IMG/VR virus record: IMGVR_UViG_3300025470_000019
Span: 15,102-79,101 of that record
Length of the DNA stretch: 64,000 nt
Source: a virus
Taxonomy: Duplodnaviria > Caudoviricetes
Reading direction: 5' to 3' (one strand)
Made by a program: the position numbers and the translations under genes. Below, in pieces: positions 1 to 9,059 of the stretch. The notes under the pieces were generated by a model. The model was not told the origin of the DNA and ran no database searches. It saw nothing but the letters and a program-made list of their open reading frames with translations. The first letter of the stretch is position 1. Every line of letters begins with the position of its first letter.

Positions 1-138
1 TCTTTCTCTGCGCAGGACTGGTGGCAGACTACGCCAATTACGGAAATTCTTGAGGAGCGAACTGACCCTGAGGATCCCAATTTCCTCTATGTTCGTTTCA
101 AGACTGGCAACTCTGAATATGAATGGACAAGATTTTGA
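1..138 (+). CDS. 3' end of a hypothetical phage protein (truncated by window edge)
   Basis: Open frame SFSAQDWWQTTPITEILEERT...YEWTRF ending in TGA at 136-138. Confidence 0.6.
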   Translation, partial: SFSAQDWWQTTPITEILEERTDPEDPNFLYVRFKTGNSEYEWTRF

Positions 139-140
139 TC

Positions 141-836
141 TTAGCTAACAAATGTCCAACCTTTATGTTGCTTTTGCTTTCCTAGTATGACATACATTAA
201 TTCTTTTGATCCTACTCCAGAATATTGATTAGATAATTCTGATCGTTTGCCAATAAAGATTCCGTGTTTTTCATGGAAAAACTTGTATATGGTTTCGTCT
301 CTAGAAGGATTATTCAATTTCTTTTGTTCTGAAAATTCTTTACGCCGATCATCAGTCCAACTCGCGCGCATAGCCGATTTTGTCGATTCGGATTTACGAT
401 TTCTGTTAATGGTCAAAGCTCTTTTTGCCTTTTCCTTATCAGATTGCGTCCTTCTTAGACCAAAGGTAGGAGAGAGTTCTCCGGACCTACCAAACATAGG
501 GTTGCATTCTCCCGATCTATCGAAATGTTTTCTGTGGGGAAATTTCTTGCCTTTGGCGCAAGGAGGCATTCCGCCTCCAGCCACAATATTCCACCCAATA
601 TTATCGGTCGGTCTTAAATAAAATTCTAATTTTTTTGCTTGATCTTCTGACAAATTTTCTTGCACGATCTTCATCTCTGCGCCTCTTTTGAGCGCAGATT
701 TAACTTTAAAATTAGACTTTGATTGTTTGTGTTCGATTAAACGACGAGTTGGATTTTTACTTATACCAACATAACCGTCAGTTTGAATATTTTCGTGTTC
801 TGGATAATGTATCCAATATACGCTATAAATAGTCAT
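141..836 (-). mobile_element. Free-standing GIY-YIG-type homing endonuclease with NUMOD3-like C-terminus
   Basis: IYSVYWI...GYVGISKNP..R..EH catalytic pattern, basic C-terminal repeats, AT-rich, RBS GAGGAG upstream. Confidence 0.8.
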
Positions 837-910
837 AAGCTGGTGCTCCTCTTAGCATTAGAGTGGTTGGAAGCGGGAACTTCGCGAACCACAATCATCC
901 TTTATTTATA
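837..910 (-). promoter_or_regulatory. Late promoter plus conserved structured endonuclease leader, copy A
   Basis: Minus strand TATAAATA-aaggatgatt-GTGGTT-CGC-GAAG-ttcccg-CTTC-C-AACCAC-TCTAA-TGCT-aagagg-AGCA-cCAGC-tt-ATG. Confidence 0.85.
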
Positions 911-944
911 TAATTCTAACTTTGAACAGAAAGGAGAGACACCA

Positions 945-1887
945 ATGATACTTGCAAAAGCACCCTTACGTGTCAGTTTTTTTCGGTGGTGGGTCGGATA
1001 TTCCGGCTCACTACCTACAGTGGGGAGGCTCGACCATTTCGACAGCGATCGACAAGTATGTCTATGTCGCTGTAGGTAAGACTCCTCAAAACCACATCAA
1101 GGTCAACTACTCCAAGCAGGAACTGGTGACCAAGGTCGACGATCTTCAAAATGAGATTGTCAAAAATGCCCTGAAGTATTTTGGGATTAAGAACAATATC
1201 GAGATTACCACGTTTGCTGACATTCCTACGGTCGGAACAGGTCTAGCAGGTTCATCGGCATTCACCTGCGCATTGGTCGCTGCTCTTGCAGAATATTGCG
1301 GATTCTCTCGTTATAGCGAATATGAGCTAGCCGAGGCTGCTTGTCAAATTGAAATTCTAATGTGTGGTTGGAATATTGGAAAGCAGGATCAGTATGCTTC
1401 GGCTTTTGGTGGCATGAATTATATTCGCTACCTAAGCAGCGATAAGGTTAATGTCAGTAAGATGGATCCCAACGGAATTGATCACAACATGCTGCTGATT
1501 CCGACGAACATTCAGCGCCATGCTGCTGAGGTCTTGAATAAGATCGACTTCAACGACAAGACTCCAGTCATCAGAGAACTTTCTCACATGGCTGATCTCC
1601 AATATCGTTATGAACCTACTCTTGAGCTTTATGGTCCTCTGCTGAACGAAGCATGGAAATATAAGAAACAGATGGAAGGCGGTATCAGCAATCCAGAGAT
1701 TGATGAGATGTATGAGCGTTGTAGAGAGGCTGGTGCGACTGGAGCGAAACTTCTTGGTGCAGGTGGTGGTGGCTATATGCTGGCTCTGACCGACAACAAG
1801 AATAAGATCAGAGCTGAATTCAACGATAGATGTTGCCTCGAAGTAAGAGTTGCTCTTGACGGAGCCAAGGTTGTTTACAAGGATTGA
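945..1887 (+). CDS. hddA: GHMP-family sugar kinase (HddA-like heptose-7-phosphate kinase), interrupted by one extra T in the T7 run at 977-983
   Basis: MILAKAPLRVSFF (945 frame) continues as FGGGSD in the 952 frame; GTGLAGSS, GKQDQYA and GAKLLGAGGGG motifs; RBS AAGGAG. Confidence 0.85.
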
Positions 1888-1889
1888 CT

Positions 1890-2486
1890 ATGACGAAGCC
1901 ACTGATTAAATTTTCCGATTATACCGATGCTGTGTTTGACGCAATGGAGAGTGTAGATGAACATTCTCTTGCTCTTGTTTATCTAACTCTGAACGAAGCT
2001 CGAGTGAACGGAAGAACTATTTTCGTTTGCGGTAATGGTGGTTCGGCTGCTATTGCTAATCACCTTGTCTGCGACTGTATGAAGGGTGTTGCAGTAGATA
2101 CTGGAAATCATATGCATGTGACTTCGCTGTCTTGTAACGTTCCTTTGATGACTGCCATCGCTAACGATATCGGCTATGAGGATGTGTTTGCAAAGCAGCT
2201 AGAATGGCAAGCTGTTCCTGGGGATGTTTTGATCGCGATTAGCTCTAGCGGCAACTCGCCCAATATCTATAACGCACTTCTTTCGGCCAAGGATGTTGGA
2301 GTTAAGACGATCGCGATTTCTGGATTTACTGGTGGACAGGCTTGTGCTATTGCTGACCACTCTGTCCATATTAAGTCAGATAACTATGGTGTGATCGAAG
2401 ACGTATCTCAGTCGGTGATGCATTATATCGCCCAGTGTCTTCGTCGAAATCTTTCCAATAAGAAACCAGAGGACATCATATACTGA
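1890..2486 (+). CDS. gmhA: Phosphoheptose isomerase (SIS domain)
   Basis: CGNGGSAA, TAIANDIGYE.VF..QL, ISSSGNSPN motifs. Confidence 0.9.
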   Translation: MTKPLIKFSDYTDAVFDAMESVDEHSLALVYLTLNEARVNGRTIFVCGNGGSAAIANHLVCDCMKGVAVDTGNHMHVTSLSCNVPLMTAIANDIGYEDVFAKQLEWQAVPGDVLIAISSSGNSPNIYNALLSAKDVGVKTIAISGFTGGQACAIADHSVHIKSDNYGVIEDVSQSVMHYIAQCLRRNLSNKKPEDIIY

Positions 2487-2962
2487 TGAAGAAGATTGAT
2501 CATGTTTTTCTCGATCTAGATGGGGTTGTGTTCGACTTCCATAGCGCAGTCGGCGATCAGCTCCACGATCGAGAAAAATGGTGGAACGAAGGATTCCCAA
2601 ATTTTATCGAGGCTGGTGGCTTCGCTGATCTGCCTCTGCTGCCCGATGCCGAAGAGCTGATGAATTTTCTTAACGAAAACGTATGGGTCACAATCCTATC
2701 TTCAGCTGGCGGGACTCCTAGGTTTGACGAGATCGTTGATCAGAAACTTGAAGCTCTGCACAGGAACGGAATCGAATATCCAGCGATCATCGTCCCTTCC
2801 AAGGGAGTCAAGAAAGATTTTGCGGGCGAGGGTCGCCTCCTGATTGACGACCATCCTGAGAATTGCCAAAACTTCATCGAGGCTGGTGGTGAGGCTATCG
2901 TCCACATCGACGCTGCAACCACGATAGCTCACATCAAAAAACATTACGAATTTTCAAATTAG
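2486..2962 (+). CDS. HAD-family phosphatase / 5'(3')-deoxyribonucleotidase-like
   Basis: FLDLDGV motif I and LLIDD motif IV. Confidence 0.75.
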   Translation: MKKIDHVFLDLDGVVFDFHSAVGDQLHDREKWWNEGFPNFIEAGGFADLPLLPDAEELMNFLNENVWVTILSSAGGTPRFDEIVDQKLEALHRNGIEYPAIIVPSKGVKKDFAGEGRLLIDDHPENCQNFIEAGGEAIVHIDAATTIAHIKKHYEFSN

Positions 2963-2965
2963 TGC

Positions 2966-2994
2966 TTTACCTTTTTTCAAATCTAGGTTAGAAT
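2966..2994 (+). promoter_or_regulatory. Early promoter, copy 1 of 11
   Basis: TTTACC-17 bp (ttttttcaaatctaggt)-TAGAAT; near-identical copies elsewhere. Confidence 0.85.
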
Positions 2995-3026
2995 GAATTA
3001 TAAGGTTGATTGAAAGGAAGTTTGAA

Positions 3027-3371
3027 ATGATCGTCCAAGTTTTCCACTCTGATCGTGAAATCGGTGGTTTCGTGCATGTCGCTGATATCGATGCCCCTGA
3101 GCATTATGATGCGACTCGTGCCCTCGAGTATGCTTTCCGTCGTACTCAGAACATCGAAGGTTCTTGGTCGATGGGTGAAACCATCGAGTTTGATGGTGAC
3201 ACGATTCCTAACATGGACTATGATGCCAGCATCACTGTCGTCCAACCTCTCCGGACTTGGTCTGACGGTCGTGTGATGGGTCATCGTTCTTCGATGATGT
3301 ATGACCGCATGATTGTTGATGGTGAAAACTACGAAGTCGATGCTTTCGGCTTCCGGAAGCTGGAGGCTTGA
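3027..3371 (+). CDS. Hypothetical early protein
   Basis: ORF behind early promoter with GAAAGGAAG RBS. Confidence 0.7.
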   Translation: MIVQVFHSDREIGGFVHVADIDAPEHYDATRALEYAFRRTQNIEGSWSMGETIEFDGDTIPNMDYDASITVVQPLRTWSDGRVMGHRSSMMYDRMIVDGENYEVDAFGFRKLEA

Positions 3372-3373
3372 TT

Positions 3374-3781
3374 ATGACTAAGATTGTTTACAATGCCTGC
3401 TTTGGTGGCTTCGGGCTCTCGCATGAAGCTGTTATGCGTTATGCCGAGATCAAGGGCATCACTCTTTATGTTAATGAGCAGAAGTGGGGTGGTAATGCCT
3501 ACGCGACTGTTCCTTGGGATGAATATGATCGTATTCACGCTGAGTGCAAAAAGGAACGCAACTATCTTCGTGCGAATGAGCTGTATTTCAGCTATAATGA
3601 TATTGAACGCACCGATCCTGCGCTGGTTCAGGTCGTAGAGGAACTTGGCGATGCGGCTAATGGTGCGCATGCTAAGCTGCGTATCAAGGAGCTTTCGCCT
3701 GGTACTCTTTACCGCATCGATGAGTATGATGGAAGTGAGTCGGTGATGACTCAGGATAACTATGATTGGAGTGTTGCGTGA
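3374..3781 (+). CDS. Conserved hypothetical phage protein
   Basis: KIVYNACFGGFGLS...RTDPALVQVVEELG...IDEYDG pattern. Confidence 0.75.
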   Translation: MTKIVYNACFGGFGLSHEAVMRYAEIKGITLYVNEQKWGGNAYATVPWDEYDRIHAECKKERNYLRANELYFSYNDIERTDPALVQVVEELGDAANGAHAKLRIKELSPGTLYRIDEYDGSESVMTQDNYDWSVA

Positions 3782-4185
3782 ACTACGAATTTCCTAACAT
3801 CTACAACATCGATGACGTACTGTGGGCTATCGAAGGTCGCGATGAGTTCGTCGTTGCCGAGAAGGAAGGATACACTGTCATCAACTACAACGTGATGATG
3901 GCTGATACGTTTCCTGATGTGATCATTGATGCTGATCCTTATGATCAAGCTTCTGGTGTGGTTGAGCAGCAGGACTATAACGCAGCAATTCGCCGTGAAT
4001 GTAGAGGTCTGATATTCGACTCGAAGACTGGTGAAATCCTTCGTCGCCCTTTCCACAAGTTCTTCAATGTGAATGAGCGCGAAGAGACTCAGGATCATGT
4101 CATTAATCTGTCGCGTCCTCATGCTATCCAGAAGAAGTGCAGGTTGCTATTCCTGTATTTCGCGTTGGTCAAATGGGTCCACTAA
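3778..4185 (+). pseudogene. N-terminal fragment of an Rnl1-like RNA ligase
   Basis: YTVINY, RRECRGLIFD, PFHKFFNVNE motifs; similarity stops before the KxDG adenylation motif. Confidence 0.7.
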
Positions 4186-4406
4186 GCACCGTTCCGGTGG
4201 AACATATTCATCTTGGAATTGACTGGGACAGCAATACCCTGTTTATTACTCCAAAAGGAGACGAATTGCGCGAAATCAATGTAGACGAGATTTCAGCTAT
4301 CATGAAAAAGTATGACGAACTTTGCTGGACTGAATACAAGATTTCCAAGATCAAGCGTGAAAACGAAGCTCTAAAGAAGAAGTTGAAGGAACTTGAAAAT
4401 GATTAA
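4128..4406 (+). pseudogene. Hypothetical protein, apparently N-terminally truncated
   Basis: Frame PEEVQVAIPVF...GIDWDSNTL opens without RBS, overlapping the ligase fragment. Confidence 0.5.
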
Positions 4407-4653
4407 CTTTGATATTCTTGGTAAGGCTATTAAAGATGTTGCCGGGTATGCTGCAATTGGAGTTGGAGCCGCTTTGGCAGGGATCACATTTGGTGGTTTG
4501 CTTATATACCTTGCAAGCAAATTTGGATTTATAGTTTTCCCAATCATTTGTTGTTTGTTTTTTCTTGGGATGGGCATCGTCTCTCGTTACGAACATCATA
4601 CTAGATTGGATCAGGAATCCAAGAAAAAGATGATGGAAGTTTTGACACGATGA
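4399..4653 (+). CDS. Small two-TM membrane protein
   Basis: Two hydrophobic segments; stop/start coupling with neighbours. Confidence 0.65.
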   Translation: MINFDILGKAIKDVAGYAAIGVGAALAGITFGGLLIYLASKFGFIVFPIICCLFFLGMGIVSRYEHHTRLDQESKKKMMEVLTR

Positions 4654-4823
4654 GTTTCCAGCTTCCGCCCGTAAGATGGGAACCTGTAAAAATACCGAAC
4701 GGTGGAAAAACCACGTTTGATGAAATGCGTGAGGGACTGAGTGAGGAACTTTACCGTCAAGGTGATGCCATTCTTGTTTGGGTAAACGAGGGAGACATAC
4801 TATGGCATACGCTTGCAAAATGA
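4650..4823 (+). CDS. Small hypothetical protein (57 aa, below ORF-track cutoff)
   Basis: ATGA overlap with previous stop; MSFQLPPVRWEP... Confidence 0.5.
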   Translation: MSFQLPPVRWEPVKIPNGGKTTFDEMREGLSEELYRQGDAILVWVNEGDILWHTLAK

Positions 4824-4951
4824 CTAAGGATTAACAATGGAACTACTTAAAGAAAATAGCCACGACCTATCAGAAGTTTCCGCAGAACGTGATAGACATA
4901 TGGCCACATTAGATATATGGTCGCTTGCACGAAAGAGACAGGAACTTGAAA

Positions 4952-5131
4952 ATGACTGAAGATCGGGCAACAGTTCTCCTTAATGCTGTTTTGGAAATCC
5001 TTAACAAGTGCGACGAAGGTCCATATGTTAAGGAATTCTTTGGTGAAACTGCTTTTTATGATGGTACTGATTGTGATGGATATTGTCTAAAAGACGATAT
5101 CGAACATTTTTTGGAGTATGGTGATGCCTAA
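4952..5131 (+). CDS. Small acidic hypothetical protein
   Basis: ORF in co-oriented early cluster. Confidence 0.6.
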   Translation: MTEDRATVLLNAVLEILNKCDEGPYVKEFFGETAFYDGTDCDGYCLKDDIEHFLEYGDA

Positions 5132-5591
5132 GTGCACAATTCTTGTTGGTGTTCCTGGTTCTGGTAAGTCCACGTGGCTCCAGCAACAGAACGTCGATCG
5201 TGGTGTAGTTGCCTCGACCGATAATGTCATTCAGTATCTGGGTGATCATTTCGGATTTGAATACAACGAAATCTTCAGCGAGACTATCCGTTTTGCTGAC
5301 ATGGTCATGGTTCGGCGTATGATCTATAATGCTGAATGCGGTCGAGACATCTATGTCGATCGTACCAATATGTCGGAGAAATCTCGTCGTCAGTTTATCA
5401 ACAAGCTGAAGAAGTATGGCTACGAGTTTGAGTGTGTGGTATTTCCGACTCCTGAACCTGAGGAATGGCAGCGTCGACTGAATTCGCGTCCTGGCAAGAC
5501 CATTCCTCAGGAAGCTATCGATCGTATGGTCAACAGCTATGAGATCCCTCTTGAGTCTGAAGGGTTCTCAAAAATTACGGTGATCAAATGA
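5118..5591 (+). CDS. P-loop kinase (AAA_33 / polynucleotide-kinase-like)
   Basis: Walker A GVPGSGKST; VDRTN; RLNSRPGK.IP lid. Confidence 0.8.
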   Translation: MVMPKCTILVGVPGSGKSTWLQQQNVDRGVVASTDNVIQYLGDHFGFEYNEIFSETIRFADMVMVRRMIYNAECGRDIYVDRTNMSEKSRRQFINKLKKYGYEFECVVFPTPEPEEWQRRLNSRPGKTIPQEAIDRMVNSYEIPLESEGFSKITVIK

Positions 5592-5869
5592 ATAAGCAAA
5601 GAGTCGACATAGACAACTCCTTTGATTTTGGCTTCAGCACAGTTTCTGAAATTGATCTGAAAAACCGAGAAAATGCTGTAGCCAAGCAGGTTCACGAGCA
5701 GGTCTCTAAGAATGCTCAGAGCAAGGTGGATCGGATGTATAAGATGATTATGCCACTGCTCGAGAATCTGAAAAAGGATTCGGAAACGAATGAGTATATC
5801 TATTGGCCGAAACGTGCCGAGATCATCGATCAGTTTATCGACAAGCTCGATGATCTGATTGCTGAATGA
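5588..5869 (+). CDS. Conserved hypothetical T4-like protein
   Basis: FDFGFS...MIMPLL.NLKK..EYIYWP.R pattern. Confidence 0.7.
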   Translation: MNKQRVDIDNSFDFGFSTVSEIDLKNRENAVAKQVHEQVSKNAQSKVDRMYKMIMPLLENLKKDSETNEYIYWPKRAEIIDQFIDKLDDLIAE

Positions 5870-5870
5870 A

Positions 5871-5895
5871 AAAGGGGAGCCAAGAGCTCCCCTTT
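5871..5895. terminator. Bidirectional intrinsic terminator
   Basis: AAAGGGGAGC-caaga-GCTCCCCTTT between convergent genes; identical copy at 15756-15780. Confidence 0.85.
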
Positions 5896-5896
5896 C

Positions 5897-6043
5897 TTAT
5901 GGTCGACCTTGACCGCGATATGGCTTGAATGTCGCTCTCTTGCGTTTGTTCATAGAGCTGGTCTTTGGGTGTTTAATGTCTTGGGAAGTTTTCTTCGGGA
6001 TCCGCTCGTGCTTGACGACGATCTGTTTGGGTGCCTTTGCCAT
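5897..6043 (-). CDS. Small basic protein (48 aa, below ORF-track cutoff)
   Basis: MAKAPKQIVVKHERIPKKTSQDIKHPKTSSMNKRKRATFKPYRGQGRP with GGAG RBS. Confidence 0.7.
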   Translation of the reverse strand: MAKAPKQIVVKHERIPKKTSQDIKHPKTSSMNKRKRATFKPYRGQGRP

Positions 6044-6074
6044 AATTTTCTCCGTATTTTTCAAAAAATAATGC

Positions 6075-6103
6075 TTTACCTTTTTTCAAATCTAAGGTAG
6101 AAT
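6075..6103 (+). promoter_or_regulatory. Early promoter, copy 2
   Basis: TTTACC-17-TAGAAT with conserved spacer. Confidence 0.85.
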
Positions 6104-6134
6104 GTATTTATAGTGATTGAAAGGGAAAAATGAT

Positions 6135-6404
6135 ATGGCTGCTCCTAAGACCGTCCTCCTCGGTGATCGCGTCCGTTACGAATCTGCTGCTGGTACGATC
6201 CGTGGTGAAGTGATCCGCATCCGCCGTGCAATGAATGCTGCGAATCAGCTGATCAACTGGATTTACGTTGAATATCACAACGAAAAATCGCCTTCCAAGA
6301 AGTCGATTGCTGTTCTCGCTGAGACTGCCCTCGAGATGATGAAGTTTGTGGTGACGTTCCGCGACATCGACATTCAGATCGCTCGCGGCGAGAAGGCTGC
6401 ATAA
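6135..6404 (+). CDS. Hypothetical early protein
   Basis: ORF behind early promoter, GAAAGGG RBS. Confidence 0.7.
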   Translation: MAAPKTVLLGDRVRYESAAGTIRGEVIRIRRAMNAANQLINWIYVEYHNEKSPSKKSIAVLAETALEMMKFVVTFRDIDIQIARGEKAA

Positions 6405-6420
6405 TTTTTCAAAAAAGTGC

Positions 6421-6449
6421 TTTTCTTTTTTTCAAATTTAGGTTAGAAT
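6421..6449 (+). promoter_or_regulatory. Early promoter, copy 3
   Basis: TTTTCT-17-TAGAAT with conserved spacer. Confidence 0.8.
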
Positions 6450-6477
6450 GAATTATAGCTTGAAAGGAAACATTGGA

Positions 6478-6687
6478 ATGGAAAAGTCTTTTACCACTGG
6501 CGAACTGATCGCTCGTCTCTACGATAATCTTCGGATTATGGCTCCTCAGGGTGCTGAGAATTCCTACATCGCTGGCTACCTTCAGGGTGTTCTGGCTGAT
6601 GTCGCTGAACGTGGTATGGATGAGCTGGTTAACTACGTTGACTGGACTAACCAGCGTGTTGAAGCCAAGGCTAAGGGAGTTGCTTGA
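6478..6687 (+). CDS. Hypothetical early protein
   Basis: ORF behind early promoter, GAAAGGAA RBS. Confidence 0.7.
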   Translation: MEKSFTTGELIARLYDNLRIMAPQGAENSYIAGYLQGVLADVAERGMDELVNYVDWTNQRVEAKAKGVA

Positions 6688-6688
6688 A

Positions 6689-6889
6689 ATGACCTATGAA
6701 GAATTTGACAACATGTATGACGCCTCCTATGATCTCCAGGATGAGCATATGGAGTATATCATGGAAAACTGCCACGGTGAGCGTGCGATCTGCAATGGCG
6801 ACAGTCTGATTGAGGCTCAGGAAGATGGCTACCTTTATGAGGATTTCCGCGACCACTATATTGAAAAGTGGGTCATGGTGAACGCATAA
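6689..6889 (+). CDS. Small acidic hypothetical protein
   Basis: MTYEEFDNMY...ICNGDSLIEAQEDGYLYEDF. Confidence 0.65.
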   Translation: MTYEEFDNMYDASYDLQDEHMEYIMENCHGERAICNGDSLIEAQEDGYLYEDFRDHYIEKWVMVNA

Positions 6890-6894
6890 AGTGC

Positions 6895-6923
6895 TTTCCT
6901 TATTTTCAAATTTAGGTTAGAAT
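6895..6923 (+). promoter_or_regulatory. Early promoter, copy 4
   Basis: TTTCCT-17-TAGAAT. Confidence 0.85.
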
Positions 6924-6949
6924 GAATTATTGGATTGAAAGGATTTGTT

Positions 6950-7516
6950 ATGCTTCGCAATATTCATGAATTGAGCAACCAAACTTTCTCTGACGTCCAG
7001 AGCGATTATTTTGTTGCAAGAAAGATTTTGGGCTATATGACCAGCGGTCAGATTTTGGTTGAAGACCCGATGACTCGAGAACTCCTCACCAGCGGTCAAA
7101 ACCAATATGGCTTTGAAAAGCTCTTTGAGCTTCTGGCTCGTCTCGGTATGTTTCATGCAGGCAATATGGGCGAGATTATCTATTGCCTGGAAAACAAAGA
7201 TTCTTTGGCCAAGCGGAATCATTCTCCGTGTGACACGGTCAAAGGTGCTGAAGTCAAGACTTCCAAGAGCATTCGGAAGCACACGAATCCAAAAACTGGA
7301 AAGTTTTCATATTATTTTCGAATTTCCGGTCTGGAGAAGAAAGATCGATCGAAGGTCGCTGTCGGAATCAACTATGGCGGTATGCGCCAAACTGCGATTC
7401 TCGATCTGACGGGTCACACCGGAAAGCACCTGAATATTCCCTGCAACGCACATGGCGTGATCAAGAAGAACACCAAGTGGGGTCAGTTTTTTGAAATGAA
7501 ATCTATCGCAGCATAA
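6950..7516 (+). CDS. Hypothetical protein, possibly PD-(D/E)xK nuclease-like
   Basis: D..KGAEVKTS resembles a D...ExK motif; weak. Confidence 0.5.
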   Translation: MLRNIHELSNQTFSDVQSDYFVARKILGYMTSGQILVEDPMTRELLTSGQNQYGFEKLFELLARLGMFHAGNMGEIIYCLENKDSLAKRNHSPCDTVKGAEVKTSKSIRKHTNPKTGKFSYYFRISGLEKKDRSKVAVGINYGGMRQTAILDLTGHTGKHLNIPCNAHGVIKKNTKWGQFFEMKSIAA

Positions 7517-7524
7517 AATAATGC

Positions 7525-7553
7525 TTTACCTTTTTTCAAATTTAGGTTAGAAT
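7525..7553 (+). promoter_or_regulatory. Early promoter, copy 5
   Basis: TTTACC-17-TAGAAT. Confidence 0.85.
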
Positions 7554-7578
7554 GAATTATAGCTTGAAAGGAACTGAT

Positions 7579-7908
7579 ATGACAAATTTTGACCGTGCCA
7601 CCCTCAAGGCTCTCCGCTCGGAAATGGCGGCTGTCCTCGAAAAGTTCGGCATGTCTCGATCGCTCTTCACCGATGCCTATGGGAGCTTGATCAGTAAGCT
7701 GATTGCGGCGCGAATGGCTGCAGGGCTAAGGCAGACCGATGTTGCTAAGCGCCTCGGGAAGCCGCAGTCGTTCGTTTCGAAGGTTGAAACAGGCGAGCGG
7801 CGATTGGACGTCATCGAGTTCGTTGTCGTAATGCGTGCGGTGGGTGCGGACCCAGTGTCCGTCATGCGGGAGGTTGCGGAGACGGTAACCAGCGACCTAA
7901 AAATCTAA
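7579..7908 (+). CDS. Chimeric ORF: 24-aa phage N-terminus fused in frame to a bacterial XRE-family HTH regulator (second ATG at 7651)
   Basis: LIAARMAAGLRQTDVAKRLGKPQSFVSKVETGERRLDVIEF is a typical XRE HTH; codon style shifts after 7650. Confidence 0.8.
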   Translation: MTNFDRATLKALRSEMAAVLEKFGMSRSLFTDAYGSLISKLIAARMAAGLRQTDVAKRLGKPQSFVSKVETGERRLDVIEFVVVMRAVGADPVSVMREVAETVTSDLKI

Positions 7909-8014
7909 CAGACGACCGTCGCTTGCGCCCAACGTATTATAAAACTTAGGTTTCATAATGACCGCCACCTAAGCGACTGATCCAGAGTCGTTTTCCTCAA
8001 GCGTATGATTTTGC

Positions 8015-8043
8015 TTTCTTTATTTTCAAATTTAGGTTAGAAT
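8015..8043 (+). promoter_or_regulatory. Early promoter, copy 6
   Basis: TTTCTT-17-TAGAAT. Confidence 0.85.
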
Positions 8044-8094
8044 GAATAATAGGAAAGGGAATGGTTCCCTCTCCTCTCTTAAAGGAATTATATT

Positions 8095-9057
8095 ATGGCT
8101 CATGAACTCGAAATGATCGGTGATCGCGCTTCGATGGCTTATGCTGGCGATCTCCCTTGGCACGGTCTCGGCACCAAGGTGTCGAATGACCTGACTCCCG
8201 ACCAAATGATGAAGGCTGCTGGTCTCGACTGGACGGTCGACAAGGTTCCCGTCTACGCCGATGTCTATGGCAAGCAGGTCGACGTTGGTCGTCAGGCTCT
8301 CGTTCGCTCGTCGGATCATAAGGTCCTCGACATTATCAGCGACGGCTGGAATCCCGTCCAGAACCACGAGGCTTTCGAATTCTTCAATGATTTCGTTGCC
8401 GCTGGCGATATGGAGATGCATACTGCAGGCTCGCTGAAGGGTGGGCTGAAGGTCTGGGCGCTCGCCAAGGTCAATGAGTCCTTCGAGATCAATGGTGGTG
8501 ATCAGGTTGATGGCTACCTTCTCTTCTCCAACCCTCACCAGTACGGTGCTAGCGTCGATGTGCGCTTCACTCCGATCCGTGTGGTTTGCAATAACACGCT
8601 GACCATGGCTCTCGGTAGCAAGGCTGAAAAGATGTTCCGCCTTAACCACCGTCGTCAGTTTGACGCCGACATGGCCAAGGAGGTCCTGGGCGTTTCTAAG
8701 GACAAGCTGGCTCGCTACAAGGAAATGGCGGCTTACCTGTCGACCAAGCGTTTCACCAACGAGTCGATCGTCGAGTACTTCAACCGAGTGTTCCCGATGA
8801 CTAACGGCGAGAAGGCTAAGACTGGCGAGCTCGGTTCGCGTGCAGCGAATCAGGCTTTTGATGTCCTCGAGAGCCAGCCTGGTGCTGAATATGCTCGTGG
8901 CAGCTGGTGGCAGGCTTTCAATGCCGTCACCTACTCGACTGATCACCTGCTGGGTCGTTCGACGGATACCCGCCTGACCTCGGCTTGGTATGGTGTGAAT
9001 CAGCGCCGTAAGATCGAGGCTGGTAACCTCGCTCTGGAGATGGCTGGTGCAGCCTAA
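8095..9057 (+). CDS. DUF932/DUF945-family protein
   Basis: PWHGLG, AGLDW.V, TAGSLKGG..VW.LA, TPIRVVCNNTL motifs. Confidence 0.85.
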   Translation: MAHELEMIGDRASMAYAGDLPWHGLGTKVSNDLTPDQMMKAAGLDWTVDKVPVYADVYGKQVDVGRQALVRSSDHKVLDIISDGWNPVQNHEAFEFFNDFVAAGDMEMHTAGSLKGGLKVWALAKVNESFEINGGDQVDGYLLFSNPHQYGASVDVRFTPIRVVCNNTLTMALGSKAEKMFRLNHRRQFDADMAKEVLGVSKDKLARYKEMAAYLSTKRFTNESIVEYFNRVFPMTNGEKAKTGELGSRAANQAFDVLESQPGAEYARGSWWQAFNAVTYSTDHLLGRSTDTRLTSAWYGVNQRRKIEAGNLALEMAGAA

Positions 9058-9059
9058 GA

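Noticed and set aside
837-910. Shared leader as SAM-II riboswitch, HDV/theta ribozyme or HEARO/omega RNA
   Set aside because: Only the TCGCG word matches; the required pseudoknots are absent, the length is too short, and the proteins are not IscB-like.
8032-8946. 304-aa minus-strand ORF
   Set aside because: Antisense shadow of the DUF932 gene; no motifs or RBS.
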